DNA of 64,000 nt from contig OZ251238.1 in assembly GCA_965240325.2 (NCBI GenBank), positions 992,001-1,056,000 on the forward strand, in the 5' to 3' direction. How positions within the stretch are numbered: the stretch's first letter is position 1; each line of letters opens with the position of its first letter. This DNA is from Rebecca billardiae RCC1528. Taxonomy: Eukaryota; Protista; Haptophyta. Shown piece after piece: positions 23,044 through 33,583 of the stretch. A program made the translations under genes and the position numbers. The notes beneath the pieces were generated by a model. That model was not told the DNA's origin and did not search any database. It worked only from the letters and a program-made list of their open reading frames with translations.

Positions 23044-23157
23044 AGCGACTCTGATGGGCGGTGCGGCGACGCACGCGCTCTGGCCCCGCTCGACTACGCT
23101 GGGTGGCTGGCTCTGATGAGGCCCTGCCGCGTATGGCTGGGCGCCGGGGCCTACTGT

Positions 23158-25096
23158 TAGCCTGGTCCATCCCGATTTTCGCCAGTGAAAAAGCCTTTTT
23201 CGGATTTTGGGCGCCTCATTTCTCCCGATTTTTCTCGTCGCTCGTCGCGCTCGTCAAAAATCGCCACCGGCCGTCCGACGGCTCGCCGCGACGAAGGTCG
23301 GGAAGGGGCTCGAGAGCCTCGACTGGACGACTGCGCCGCCTCATGTCAGGTGTAGTGCTGGACACATCGTTCGGGTGCCCCGGTGGTGTGCGTGCACACC
23401 TTGAGCGACATGTCTGCGTTGCTTCCGCCGCCCGCGGTCCGTCGCCAGGTCGACTTCTCGCCCGACGGCGCGCGTCGAACGCTCACCTGCTGGGTTACGC
23501 CGTGCCTTCGAGAAGGGGCACCTCCGGGAATATGCGCGGCACGCGACGGCTCGCATGGGGCACCGCCTACCCCTAGCATGTACTCGATGCCACCACCAGC
23601 TTTGGGCGCGCTGCGCATCGCCAACGCTTCATGCGGCCAGTCCCGTCACGTTTGCGCATGGGTCGTCCTGAGCGGCGGCTGTCGATTTGTGCTCCTCGTG
23701 GAGCTGTATGACGGGCTGGTGGCGAGCAGGATGGCTCGCCTTGCGGGGCTGGGTGTGTACAGTCGCAGTGTAGTGGCTGCCGGCTGACTCCCATCGCCTG
23801 GGTGCTGCTTTACCGTCATGGCCTTTGCTGCGAGCACAAGGTCGAGGATCGTACCGCGGTCTGTGAGGCAGAGTCGACGGAGTCGTCGCTTGAAGATGGT
23901 TGAGAGCGCTCATACGTCTTCCTTGGTGTCGTGCGGCTACTCCAGCACGCAAGGCTCGCGCTCTGGCACGTGTTTGGTGTCCATGGGTGGCACATTGTGC
24001 CATTCGGGTGGCTCGGAAGCACGTGCTCGGGTGTCTTTCCCGTTTACGCGCGGTGGGCCAAGCCACCACGCATGGCCAGAGCATGTCATGGCACGCAGAG
24101 GGTGCCCATGAACGATCCCCACCCCGGTGGTGGCCGGAGGCGCACTCGAAGCGGCCGCATCGTCACCCGCGGATCACATCAGTCCGCCGTTGAGGCTGTC
24201 GGGCGAGCAAAGACGTGCGATCTGACCCTTGGACGAGCAGCTAGAACCGCGATTATGCCTCATCTAAGGACGCACATGTCGTCGTTGTAGGCAGTACTGA
24301 TGCCCCAAGTGAAAGGGCGGGCGTGGCACGCGACTAGACAGCTTGAATGACTCGATGCACGCCGCCATGGACACGCGATCCGGATCCGTTGCGAACCTGC
24401 CGTGTGGCTCACGGCGGCGCGCGTTGTGCCGCAGATCGGCCAGTCGCCACGCAGGAGATGGTCTTCAGACCAGGTCCAGCACCTGACCGACTGCCGCACG
24501 CCTGGCCGGGTGGGAGTCCGGCCCTCTTCTTGTCTGCAGGAGTGCGCGGAAGGCCAGGCGGAGCCTCGTCCGACCACTGCACCCCGAGCGCCGCACTAAT
24601 CGTGCAGCCTGGGACAGCTACCCACCTATGGCGAATATGTAAAGACATAGTGGCATTGTAATTATACAGGTCCAGACCTCATATTTATGCGGGTACATTG
24701 CCCATACCATGCGGGTACAAATGGGTAATATAGTCGATCTTGCAGTAGTTGAGTACGGCCACTTGCGCACAGACCACAGCCCATCCTAATGGCCTGTACC
24801 AAGGTTCATGCTCGCCTCGACGTACGCCAATAAGTAAGTTCGTGCGTTTGGGCTCATTTCGGCTAAGTACTTACCCACATTCAGACTGACGATTCTCTAT
24901 GTGTCCGTAGTTGTCCGCGGCGCGCGCGCGCGCGCTCACGACGGGCCGCGGATGCGATTTTTAGGCCGAAACTTTTGCTCCGCCCGGGCTGGGTCCATTT
25001 AATGCGCTGTTTCCGGGTGTGAGCGCGTGCCTAGGGCCCCGCATTCATTTGGCGATAAAATCCCCGAAAGTGCTCCAGTGCGTTTGGACCAGGCTA
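23158..25096. mobile_element. Non-autonomous TIR DNA transposon (1,939 bp)
   Basis: Perfect 12-bp TIRs TAGCCTGGTCCA...TGGACCAGGCTA, flanked on both sides by the 7-bp direct repeat CTACTGT (23151-23157, 25097-25103). GC is lower and no transposase is recognisable. Confidence 0.85.
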
Positions 25097-25330
25097 CTAC
25101 TGTCGTGACCGACGCCTATACCGTTGACATGCGCAGTGACGTGGGCAGTGGGCGCACGTCGTCGCACGATGGCGGCTGCCTGACAGTCATATAGTGAAAT
25201 GGCGCCCTTTATACAATCATTATGGGGGTAATGGGGGAAAAGTACGCGCAAGACTCAGCATGATTAGCATGACGATATCATATCTGATCGCGTTGTACTT
25301 GTCAGGCGCGGCGGCGGATCAAGCTGCCTC

Positions 25331-26248
25331 TCAGTAGTAGTCCAAGCCCATACTCCTGCGAACAGCCTCGTACGCCGTGCCGAACATGGCAAACGTCGGG
25401 CCGATGCGCATGAACAGCGGCCACCAGCCGCGCATGAAGCCCATCGGCCCCTCGGTGCGCGCGATCGACAGCGCGCACTCGCCGGCGTGCGCGTAGTGGA
25501 TCCCGCGGTTGGGCGCGCTCTGGAACTCCGTCATGACGCGGTCGGCGGGGCACGAGGCGGTGACGGCGAGCAGCGCGGCCCAGATCGACCCGACCAGGTG
25601 CAGCGCCGGCCCCTCGCGCATCAGCCCGCGCCGCTTCAGTCCGGTCTTTGCGCCGTCGTACCCGGCGAGGTGACCCATGGAGAGCAGCGAGCCGCGGACG
25701 ACGAGCGCCGACGAGCCGCGCAGGAGCGCGAGCGGGCCGCCGGTGCGCACGGCGTGGGAGAAGACGGAGGGCATGCCGCCCGAGAACACCGGCTTCTCGC
25801 CCACGCGCGCGCCCGTGACAAAGAGCCCCGTGCGCGCGTCCACGCGCCCCGCCTCTGCCTGCAGCTGCGTCTTGGCGAGGAAGAACGGCGTTGAGAGGAA
25901 AAAAGAGATGGCGCCGGCGAGGAGCCCGCCCGCGGCCATGGTCATGGGGTCCTTTCCCCGCGATGACGCCAGCGCGTCGCGGATCGGCGGGTACACGCCG
26001 ACCCGCACGCCCCCGCACGTGAAGACGGCGAGCACGTTCGAGCCGATGCCGGGCAGCCACAGCCCGCGCAAGAGCCCCTCCTCGCGCACGATCAGGCGGA
26101 AGTAGCCCCACAGGCCGCCGGCGCTGGGGGCGGCGTCGGGAAGGACCTGCCACCGCACGCGCAGGCAGTCGAGCGGGTTGGTCACCGCGACGATCGCCGA
26201 GCTCACGCTGCCCGAGGCCACGATGTTCGTCGCGATCGAATCCCGCAT
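25331..26248 (-). CDS. Mitochondrial carrier (SLC25; UCP/dicarboxylate-oxoglutarate carrier-like)
   Basis: Three carrier repeats (PLDCLRVRWQ, PFFLAKTQLQ, PADRVMTEFQ), EGLLRGLW and EGPMGFMRGWWPLFMRIGP; ~305 aa. Confidence 0.92.
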   Translation of the reverse strand: MRDSIATNIVASGSVSSAIVAVTNPLDCLRVRWQVLPDAAPSAGGLWGYFRLIVREEGLLRGLWLPGIGSNVLAVFTCGGVRVGVYPPIRDALASSRGKDPMTMAAGGLLAGAISFFLSTPFFLAKTQLQAEAGRVDARTGLFVTGARVGEKPVFSGGMPSVFSHAVRTGGPLALLRGSSALVVRGSLLSMGHLAGYDGAKTGLKRRGLMREGPALHLVGSIWAALLAVTASCPADRVMTEFQSAPNRGIHYAHAGECALSIARTEGPMGFMRGWWPLFMRIGPTFAMFGTAYEAVRRSMGLDYY

Positions 26249-26279
26249 GCTGAGCCTGACTGAGCAGGCCTGCCTTTCA

Positions 26280-26846
26280 GGGGCGTTGCGCCAGCTGGAC
26301 AAACGCCTTCCGGTCTTTTCGATCTGCGCTTTTCAAAACGAAATGTTCTGCGCCATGTCCAACGGCAAAGCGCGGCGGATGGCGGCTTCGCCGCCGCATG
26401 GGCGGGCGATGGCCGTTGCCCGCATAAAACGTGCGTCGGAGGCACGGAAGCGGGCAGATGGCGCGTCGCACGCGTCGTGGAACTCGGTCGCGACGCTCGC
26501 CAGCCTCAGCGCGCGCGGCGAAGCCACGTCCATGGGCGCCCAGCGTGCAGGCGGCCCGGTCACGCCGCTCGGCCGCAGCGACCGGCCTCGCACGCGTCCT
26601 TGCCGCGCGAAAGGGCATCCCAGCTGCGGTCATTCGACTTGTGCGTCAGGAGCAGCGTGCCAGCTAGCCGACGCGCACGCACCGCGAGCTGCACGGCGTG
26701 CGCAAACGTAGCCCGCCGAGCGTGCGCCGATGCGGCACAGCGGGAGAGGGCCCCGATCCGAAGGCGACTCTCGTCAGAGGCCCTCCGTAGCTTCGTGATC
26801 TACGAAAGCTAGCGTCCTCGCGTTTGTCCAGCTGGCGCAACGCTCC
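26280..26846. repeat. MITE-like segment bounded by a 24-bp perfect inverted repeat
   Basis: GCGTTGCGCCAGCTGGACAAACGC at 26283-26306 and its reverse complement at 26820-26843; no clear TSD. Confidence 0.6.
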
Positions 26847-27361
26847 GCGTCCAGCGGCACTCTCATCCCGGATCAACTCTCGCGGCGGACGTGTCGGTGC
26901 GGTCAGGGAGTTCGGCCCCCCTGCTGAGCAACCAGGACGGCCACTCGGCGGGTTTGATTCTACGAGAAGGATTCGAAATCTCGGAATACCCCCATATCCC
27001 CATGTTTCGTCAGTACCGTTTGCTACCTTTTAAAATTCCCCTTTATAACGGGCTCCGGGTGATCAGGCTGGCGGCCGAAGCCTCCAGCCCTACCCTGGCC
27101 AGCCCCCAACCAACCACCACCCTCACCCAACCTCAAACCACTGACCGAGACACCTAGTGTCTTGACACCACTCCACTGTGGACAGCCCGCCTCCAGAGGG
27201 GGCGGGGGTATGCCATTGCCAACAGCATACGAGCCCAACACTGTGGGGTGGTCCCAGGTACAAGCAGTGTACGGCCTTGCAATTCAAGATCATCGAGTTT
27301 GAGCCGAGTCGGCAGCAGGGGCACCCCCTAGGGTGCCCCAGTGTGGGCAGAGGGCCAGCCA

Positions 27362-30300
27362 CTAGCCGATCCCTGCGCGGGGAAGGGAGCTGAGGGGACT
27401 GTCATCGAGCCCAGTAGCTGGGCAGGGGTCTGGGCCACTGGCCCTGGCAGCGAGGCGCCTGTATTTCACTCGTGCAGCTATGGAGGCAGAGGGGGTCATG
27501 TCAGACATGTGTGCTACATCGGGCATCAAGTCCGGGCGTGGGCAGCTGTAGGAAGCAAGCAAAGTGGTGGCGATGGCTAATACGCCTGGGGATGTGTCGT
27601 TCGCTCGCCTCTTCCTGCTGCGCTGTGCAGGGGGTAGCGTGCTCCGCTGCGGCACATTTGCCTGGCGGGGTGGGCAGTGTCGTTTGGGCGGGGGGCTGTC
27701 CTGCTGCGCTTGACTAGGAGGAGGCAGCCCGCGCCTGGGGGCTGCCGGTGGCCTGGCAGAGCCAGCAGGCGGCTGTGCGGCCTGCTGTCCAGTGTCTGAC
27801 TGTGTAAGGTCGCTGTGAGCTCCGTTACCAGTGTGACTGCCAGCAGCCGGGTCTGCCTCCATCTCAGGGCCCCCATGTGTCAACATATTGTCCGGCGGAC
27901 CCACATTGCTGCGAGCCAGCGGGGTGGCATATTGGAGCGGCCATGCCACAAGAGGTGTGGCAGGCTGCAGAGGCCACGCAATCACCATAGGGAGGGGGCG
28001 AGCACGCTGAAGGGGCCACGCCTGCGAGAGTGACTGGGGGCGCACGTGGTGACCGCGCGCTATGGGCTGGTGCAGGTTGGCCTGCCCCGCGCCTGCCTGC
28101 CAGCCCTGGCCAGCCTGGGCAGGGGGTTGCTGCTGGATGACAGGTGGTCCTTGCAACTGATTATTCATGGCAATCGCCCCTCCTGGGCCTGCCTGTGCCT
28201 GTGGGGGTGGGGGCTGCCCCCCTGGGCCGTGCCCAGGCGGCGGCCGAAGCTCCCTGGCATGTCGAAGGAGACGTCCTGCCTTCGACAGCTGGGAGTCCAC
28301 GTCCTTGCGGGCCTGCATGATGCCTAGCCCTGCCTTCAGTAAGGCCACGTGCATGGTCCTGCCGAGATGCACGTTGCCCCCCACAGTGGTCTTCAGTGTG
28401 CTGGGCACCCTGCCCATGAGAGCAGCCCCAGAGCACACGTGACGTGCCAAGTTCCATGCTGCAGCCTGTCCCTGCATGAATGGCTCAATTACATGCGATA
28501 CGCTTCTGGCAGCAGCCATTCGGTAGGCATCGACCTCAGGGCACTCAGAGAAGAGGTGGTGCTCAGTATCTGGCGCTGGATGTAGCAGTGGAGCATGATC
28601 GCAGAGGGGGCAGGCATCGCTAAATGCCGCCCCCGACTGGAATCGCACAGAGAGCAACGTCGGGTCTCGCAAGGCAGCAGGCTGCAGGAACTCATATCCG
28701 TGGTGGAGTATGTAGTAGGCAGGCACAGTGTTGGCCTGCCAGGTCCGTAGTACGCCAGTGGAGGCCTCTGGCCACACGCCGGTCCATTCACCCACCAAGT
28801 CACAGCTGGACTTGGTGACTTGCAGGTGGGTTGCCCTTTGTGATAGCACACTGTCATACACAAGGGGCTTGATTCGGCCTGCCACTGGCTCTCCATCGGC
28901 CAGCTGTACCATTGCATGGGAACCCGCATTTGGGTGGCCACCTCTCTTGTGAGTCACACAGGGGGTTGCGGGGTCAGAGCAGCAGAGCTTGGCCCCCGCA
29001 TCGCTGCATGCGTTGAGCAGGGTTTTGGGGTTCATCCCTGCTTGGCGCAAAGCCGCCACACTGTGTTGGCTGACAGTGCAGTGCTGGTCCCCCGGGTTGT
29101 GTGTGAGGCTGAGGTGTCGCGCAGCAGCATCGTCAGCAGAGTGCGCCTTGACATGCTCGAATGAAGTGGTGCTGCCATGCCGCAAGCGGCGCCAGCCCAC
29201 CAGGCTCATGACCCTGGCGATGTATGGGGCGTACGCGTGGTGCCCCTGCCGAAGCCGTCGGTCCCAGGGGTCGTTTTGCCACATTTCGGCGGCCTTTACC
29301 ATTTCCTGCAGGTCAGTGCACACCAGCAGGTTGGCGGTGGGGTCTATCTGCACCAATGCATCTGTGATGGCCATGAATTCGGCTGGGCCTGGTGCCTGGT
29401 GCCCCGCGAACTTGGAGCAATACACATGCACAGGGGCAGTGTAATTGTTGCCGTTGAAGAAGGAAAAGGCACACGCGGCCTGCCCGTTCTCTGCATCGAA
29501 TGAGCCGTCCGTGGCCACCATTAGCATGCCAGGCACAGGAAGTGCAGGCAGATGGCGGGGATTGGGTGGATCACAGACAGTACGCTTGGCGGCAGGCACG
29601 TGCCCCAGGTACCTGTAGTAGCTCTGGTCGGTCAGGACTGCCCTCAGCATATCCCTCACTGCCAGTATCACCGCCGGGCGGGACCTATGTGGCAGTGAGG
29701 ACAGCTCCGCATAGAACGCAGTGGAGACCATCTGTCTTGGTGGCTGTTGCATGAGCACACCTAGCAACACGTGCTGGGTACCGTCCACCAGTGAGTGCTC
29801 GATCCGGCTGAGCATCTCTCCGTTCGCGTCAGGAAGGCCGTGTGGTGCCAAGCAGGGGAGGGCAGCTGCCCCTGGCATTGCGGCGAGTCTTGTATATGCC
29901 CTGTGGGTCCGGTTTGTGGCCAGCATCCCGAGCCCGGGGGCCAGCTGCTGCATCAGCTTGCTGCCGAGATTCACTTCGGATGGGAGCAGTGCCCACCCCA
30001 TGCGTCGTACAGAATTTCTCCCGGTGACGATGGTGGAGGCAAATGTAGAGGCGCCGCGTACGCGCGCCCGTGCTGGGTGCTCTACTGATTGCAGGGCACC
30101 CATGGCTGCCATGGACGTGCGCGCACATAGCCCACGTGGGTCATCTGCCAGGAAGTGGTAGTACGCGTGTGCCTGGACACTCTCCAGGTGCGCATGTAGA
30201 TTGATGAGGCCTAGGCCCAGGAACTGGGGAGGAAAGCACGCTGCCTCGTATGCGATGCGCCCTGGCAGGGCAGCACTCCTGACCACTGGCTCCACCATGA

Positions 30301-33300
30301 GGCTTTGCAGCTGGTTGAGTCTGCCCCTGGACATGCCAACCACCTCGTAGAAGTAGAATAATATCGACGTGACATCCCACACAGTGAGCAGCTTTTTGGT
30401 CTCGGTGCAGCAGTCAGCTGCCTGCACCCGCGCGGCGGCTTTGGCCACTCTGGCCTTGAGACTGGCGAACATCCTGTCAGTTGCCAGATGAATGTTGGTC
30501 ACCACCCCTGCATACGTGAAGTATTCGCCATCCTGCAACGTGTCTATGAGAGCAGCTTGTCCAGTTGCCCTGTTGATGACCTGTATTGGGTCCACCTGTG
30601 CGTGCCCAGGGGGCACATACACTGCCACCTTGGATTTGGGGTAGTTGGGCTCCATATCATAGTACCACAAAAAGTCGACGAGGTCCTGCATCATGGCTGT
30701 GATGTCTGCTCTGCTGTGCGCGTACAAATTGATATCGTCCATGATAGCAGTGGCCACCACTGTCACCTGCCCTGCAGCAGCGTCCGCGTCGTCTGAGCTG
30801 CATTTGGACTGTACATGGTACCCGCCATGCCTGCTCTTCAGGTACCTGAGGAACATGTTGATGAACAGGCAGAACTTAGTGGAGCTAGCAGGGTCCCCTT
30901 GCTTCGTGCCACACCGTAAGCGTACACTATCAGTGGGCCCATATGGCGTCCTCACCACCACATCATGCCCCTCTCCTAAGGAGCGCATGAGGGTATAAAA
31001 CATGGCTGGGTACCCATGGCTGCGGAAGCCATCCTCAATGCCTTGGTATGGCACAGAGTCGAAGGCTTTTTGAATGTCCATCAGTGCACAAAACAGCGTG
31101 CGCCGGGAACGGTGTGCATCGGCCACCACATTGGCAAAGACAGCGACTTGCTGTACCACTTGCCCACCCTCTCTGCTGGCAGCCTGTTCCGGCTCGATTA
31201 GCCTGAGCCTGTCGGACGCAGCTTGCATGACGTTGTTTTGGTGTCTTGCCATGATTTTGTACACCACACTGTTGAGTGCTATGCCCCTGTAATTCCCGAG
31301 CACGTGCATATCCCCGTGCTTGTGTAGTGAGACAACCTCCCCTTGCTGGAGTCCGTCCAGAAGAGTCCCTGTCGCGTACATGACTGCGCAGAGATTAGAT
31401 ATAATAGTGGCGATCGGGCCAGGGTGTCCTGTCCCCTGTCCCCTGGCTGCCCCCTGCTGGGCACCAGTCTGCTGTGCAGCGTGCTGCCTGTGTGTGCGCG
31501 TGCCGCTTGGCAGTACAGGCTCGTCGCGCTCGGCATGGTGGCCTTCCAAGAGCTTGAGTACATTGTACTGTATGCCATCTGGACCAGGTGCCGAGTTGCC
31601 TCCCACCTCAGATGTGATGATGTGCCGTATTTGCGCGGGGGTGGGTGGCGTTCCGAGGGCGGTGACATATGCGTCCCCCGGATCAGTATGCCATGCGGCC
31701 CTAATGTCGTGCCACATATGACCTCCAGCGTGCCAAGGAGGCCTGCCCCCGGGCCGAGTGTATTGTCGCTCCAGAAGGCCCTGGTAGTGCCCCCTGTACT
31801 CCGATTTCACATCGTCAACGCTGGTGGCCAGTGCCCCATCGCTCCTTCTGACGATGGTAGGCAGTGTGATGGGGTCCTTGGCATACACCATGACACGCAA
31901 TTTATGCGAGTTCTTTTTGGTCTCAACCTTGACTTTGGCGAACCACGCCCTCTTTTGTTCCTCGGCCTGCTGCTGCCACACAGCTTTCACTTGCGCGCGG
32001 CTCGTCCTGCATTGCTGCTGCACGATTTGTCTCCAGCGCTGGTGGGACAGAAATGGCCCTACCGGCACCTGTCCGTGAGGCCCCATTGCCACTTGTATCC
32101 AGTGCTGGGACTGTGCAGCTCCAGTGCCCCAGGTCCGCTCGTACCTGCGCACTGCTCTGCGCACTGCTGGACCAGCTGGCAGCCCAGCAGCTGCTCTGTT
32201 AGCCAGAATATCGCCTGCATGCAGCGCAGCAGAAGCAGCATCTGCTTTGGATTTGTGTTGACCCGCTGCTGCGCCCGCTGTGGCTGGTCGGATCTTCAGG
32301 GGCGTGTCTGGTTGTCCGTCATATACACTGGGTTGCTCCAGTACAGTTGCCATGTCCCTGGTGGCCAGTGTGGTCAGGTGTCTCAGCGTTGTCAGCGCAG
32401 TGGCTGCTGTCGTCACCAGCGAAGGTTGCACCAGCATATGTGCCGGCACTGGGGCCTCAGCAAAGTCCGCAATGTGTAGTGGCAGGCCCTCCATCCACAT
32501 CGCAAGCAGCTGTTTGGCTTTATTCCAGTCAGGTGACGTCTTTCCCAGGTCCACGCGTATGTGCCTGGGAGGTTGCACTGGTGAGGCCAGTACTGCAGCA
32601 GCGCCGCGCAGTGCCACCGAGTGAATCCGGCCATATATTGGGACGTGTGCTCCTGGCATTCGCAGGGTGGCCTTTTCCGATATGTCCATGTGTCCGGTGT
32701 GCCCAACTGTGTCCATGTTGGAGAATATGTAGTCAATCACAGATCGATCCGCCCCATTGCCGTCCTCCCTGTGTGCAGTGATGAATGTGGGCCTTTCGAG
32801 CGTGTCCCATCGTGTGGTGCTGGGTATTTGGTTGAAGAGGTGGTCAGCGTCTGTCATGTATGTGCGGAACACTACCTTGGGGGTAGCCCCCTCCCCTGCG
32901 TTGCTGTCGTGCATGTGCCCATTTCCATCGCATGCTACCAATTGCAGCCTGGCAGCATGCCTGGCTACGTGCACAGCATGAGTCCGCATGTTGCCAGCTG
33001 TGGGAAGGCCTATGCATGTGCCTGTACGAAGGTGGTTGACTATGTGTGGAAGCAGCAGGTGCTGCCGTTCCTCATCATGCGGGTTGTAGAAGCAGCACAC
33101 CCACATGGGGACAGCCTGCCCATTGCCCCTGCAGAGCGTGATTTCACCCGAAATGATGTGCCCTGCCAGCTCTGGGTATAGTATTTCCCTGCCTCTGCAC
33201 ACACTGTTGAGGTGGAGCGATTTGGGTGCACCCACGTGTGCCTTGCGTACCAGGATGGCACACCCGGCCCTGGCACCTTTTTCGCCCTTGCGCCTGTCGC

Positions 33301-33583
33301 GGGCGTGCTCTGCATGTACTGTGTACTCCGGGAACGACTTGGCCCACCGCACTACCTGATGCGCAGGCATTTGGGTCTCCACCAAAAAGACAATATCAGG
33401 TGTCCCCACTGCTCGAATCCAAGTGGCGATGTCGTCCCGCCGGACAGAGGGGTCAGCCCCACCTGCTCCCCCAACATTGCAGTATGCATACGAGATGTCA
33501 GCATGGCTGTATTGGTAGCCCTGCTGCATTGGCGCTGCTGCTGCACCAGCAACACCTGGGCCTGCATCACCCTGTCCTATCAT
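27362..33583 (-). CDS. LINE ORF2: AP endonuclease, reverse transcriptase, RNase H, CCHC zinc knuckle (2073 aa)
   Basis: EN: YCNVGG, FLVET, FYNP, CDGN, IDYIF, GAHVP. RT: SAPGPDGI, NYRGIAL, DIQKAFDSV, GTKQGDPAS, IMDD. RNase H: ATDGS, AEFMAI, CTD, HVKAHS, NACSD. Zinc: CPLC...DTEHHLFSEC. Confidence 0.95.
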   Translation of the reverse strand: MIGQGDAGPGVAGAAAAPMQQGYQYSHADISYAYCNVGGAGGADPSVRRDDIATWIRAVGTPDIVFLVETQMPAHQVVRWAKSFPEYTVHAEHARDRRKGEKGARAGCAILVRKAHVGAPKSLHLNSVCRGREILYPELAGHIISGEITLCRGNGQAVPMWVCCFYNPHDEERQHLLLPHIVNHLRTGTCIGLPTAGNMRTHAVHVARHAARLQLVACDGNGHMHDSNAGEGATPKVVFRTYMTDADHLFNQIPSTTRWDTLERPTFITAHREDGNGADRSVIDYIFSNMDTVGHTGHMDISEKATLRMPGAHVPIYGRIHSVALRGAAAVLASPVQPPRHIRVDLGKTSPDWNKAKQLLAMWMEGLPLHIADFAEAPVPAHMLVQPSLVTTAATALTTLRHLTTLATRDMATVLEQPSVYDGQPDTPLKIRPATAGAAAGQHKSKADAASAALHAGDILANRAAAGLPAGPAVRRAVRRYERTWGTGAAQSQHWIQVAMGPHGQVPVGPFLSHQRWRQIVQQQCRTSRAQVKAVWQQQAEEQKRAWFAKVKVETKKNSHKLRVMVYAKDPITLPTIVRRSDGALATSVDDVKSEYRGHYQGLLERQYTRPGGRPPWHAGGHMWHDIRAAWHTDPGDAYVTALGTPPTPAQIRHIITSEVGGNSAPGPDGIQYNVLKLLEGHHAERDEPVLPSGTRTHRQHAAQQTGAQQGAARGQGTGHPGPIATIISNLCAVMYATGTLLDGLQQGEVVSLHKHGDMHVLGNYRGIALNSVVYKIMARHQNNVMQAASDRLRLIEPEQAASREGGQVVQQVAVFANVVADAHRSRRTLFCALMDIQKAFDSVPYQGIEDGFRSHGYPAMFYTLMRSLGEGHDVVVRTPYGPTDSVRLRCGTKQGDPASSTKFCLFINMFLRYLKSRHGGYHVQSKCSSDDADAAAGQVTVVATAIMDDINLYAHSRADITAMMQDLVDFLWYYDMEPNYPKSKVAVYVPPGHAQVDPIQVINRATGQAALIDTLQDGEYFTYAGVVTNIHLATDRMFASLKARVAKAAARVQAADCCTETKKLLTVWDVTSILFYFYEVVGMSRGRLNQLQSLMVEPVVRSAALPGRIAYEAACFPPQFLGLGLINLHAHLESVQAHAYYHFLADDPRGLCARTSMAAMGALQSVEHPARARVRGASTFASTIVTGRNSVRRMGWALLPSEVNLGSKLMQQLAPGLGMLATNRTHRAYTRLAAMPGAAALPCLAPHGLPDANGEMLSRIEHSLVDGTQHVLLGVLMQQPPRQMVSTAFYAELSSLPHRSRPAVILAVRDMLRAVLTDQSYYRYLGHVPAAKRTVCDPPNPRHLPALPVPGMLMVATDGSFDAENGQAACAFSFFNGNNYTAPVHVYCSKFAGHQAPGPAEFMAITDALVQIDPTANLLVCTDLQEMVKAAEMWQNDPWDRRLRQGHHAYAPYIARVMSLVGWRRLRHGSTTSFEHVKAHSADDAAARHLSLTHNPGDQHCTVSQHSVAALRQAGMNPKTLLNACSDAGAKLCCSDPATPCVTHKRGGHPNAGSHAMVQLADGEPVAGRIKPLVYDSVLSQRATHLQVTKSSCDLVGEWTGVWPEASTGVLRTWQANTVPAYYILHHGYEFLQPAALRDPTLLSVRFQSGAAFSDACPLCDHAPLLHPAPDTEHHLFSECPEVDAYRMAAARSVSHVIEPFMQGQAAAWNLARHVCSGAALMGRVPSTLKTTVGGNVHLGRTMHVALLKAGLGIMQARKDVDSQLSKAGRLLRHARELRPPPGHGPGGQPPPPQAQAGPGGAIAMNNQLQGPPVIQQQPPAQAGQGWQAGAGQANLHQPIARGHHVRPQSLSQAWPLQRARPLPMVIAWPLQPATPLVAWPLQYATPLARSNVGPPDNMLTHGGPEMEADPAAGSHTGNGAHSDLTQSDTGQQAAQPPAGSARPPAAPRRGLPPPSQAQQDSPPPKRHCPPRQANVPQRSTLPPAQRSRKRRANDTSPGVLAIATTLLASYSCPRPDLMPDVAHMSDMTPSASIAARVKYRRLAARASGPDPCPATGLDDSPLSSLPRAGIG

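Noticed and set aside
23383-24661. Short ORFs inside the TIR element as transposase remnants
   Set aside because: No DDE, zinc-finger or helicase motifs are recognisable.
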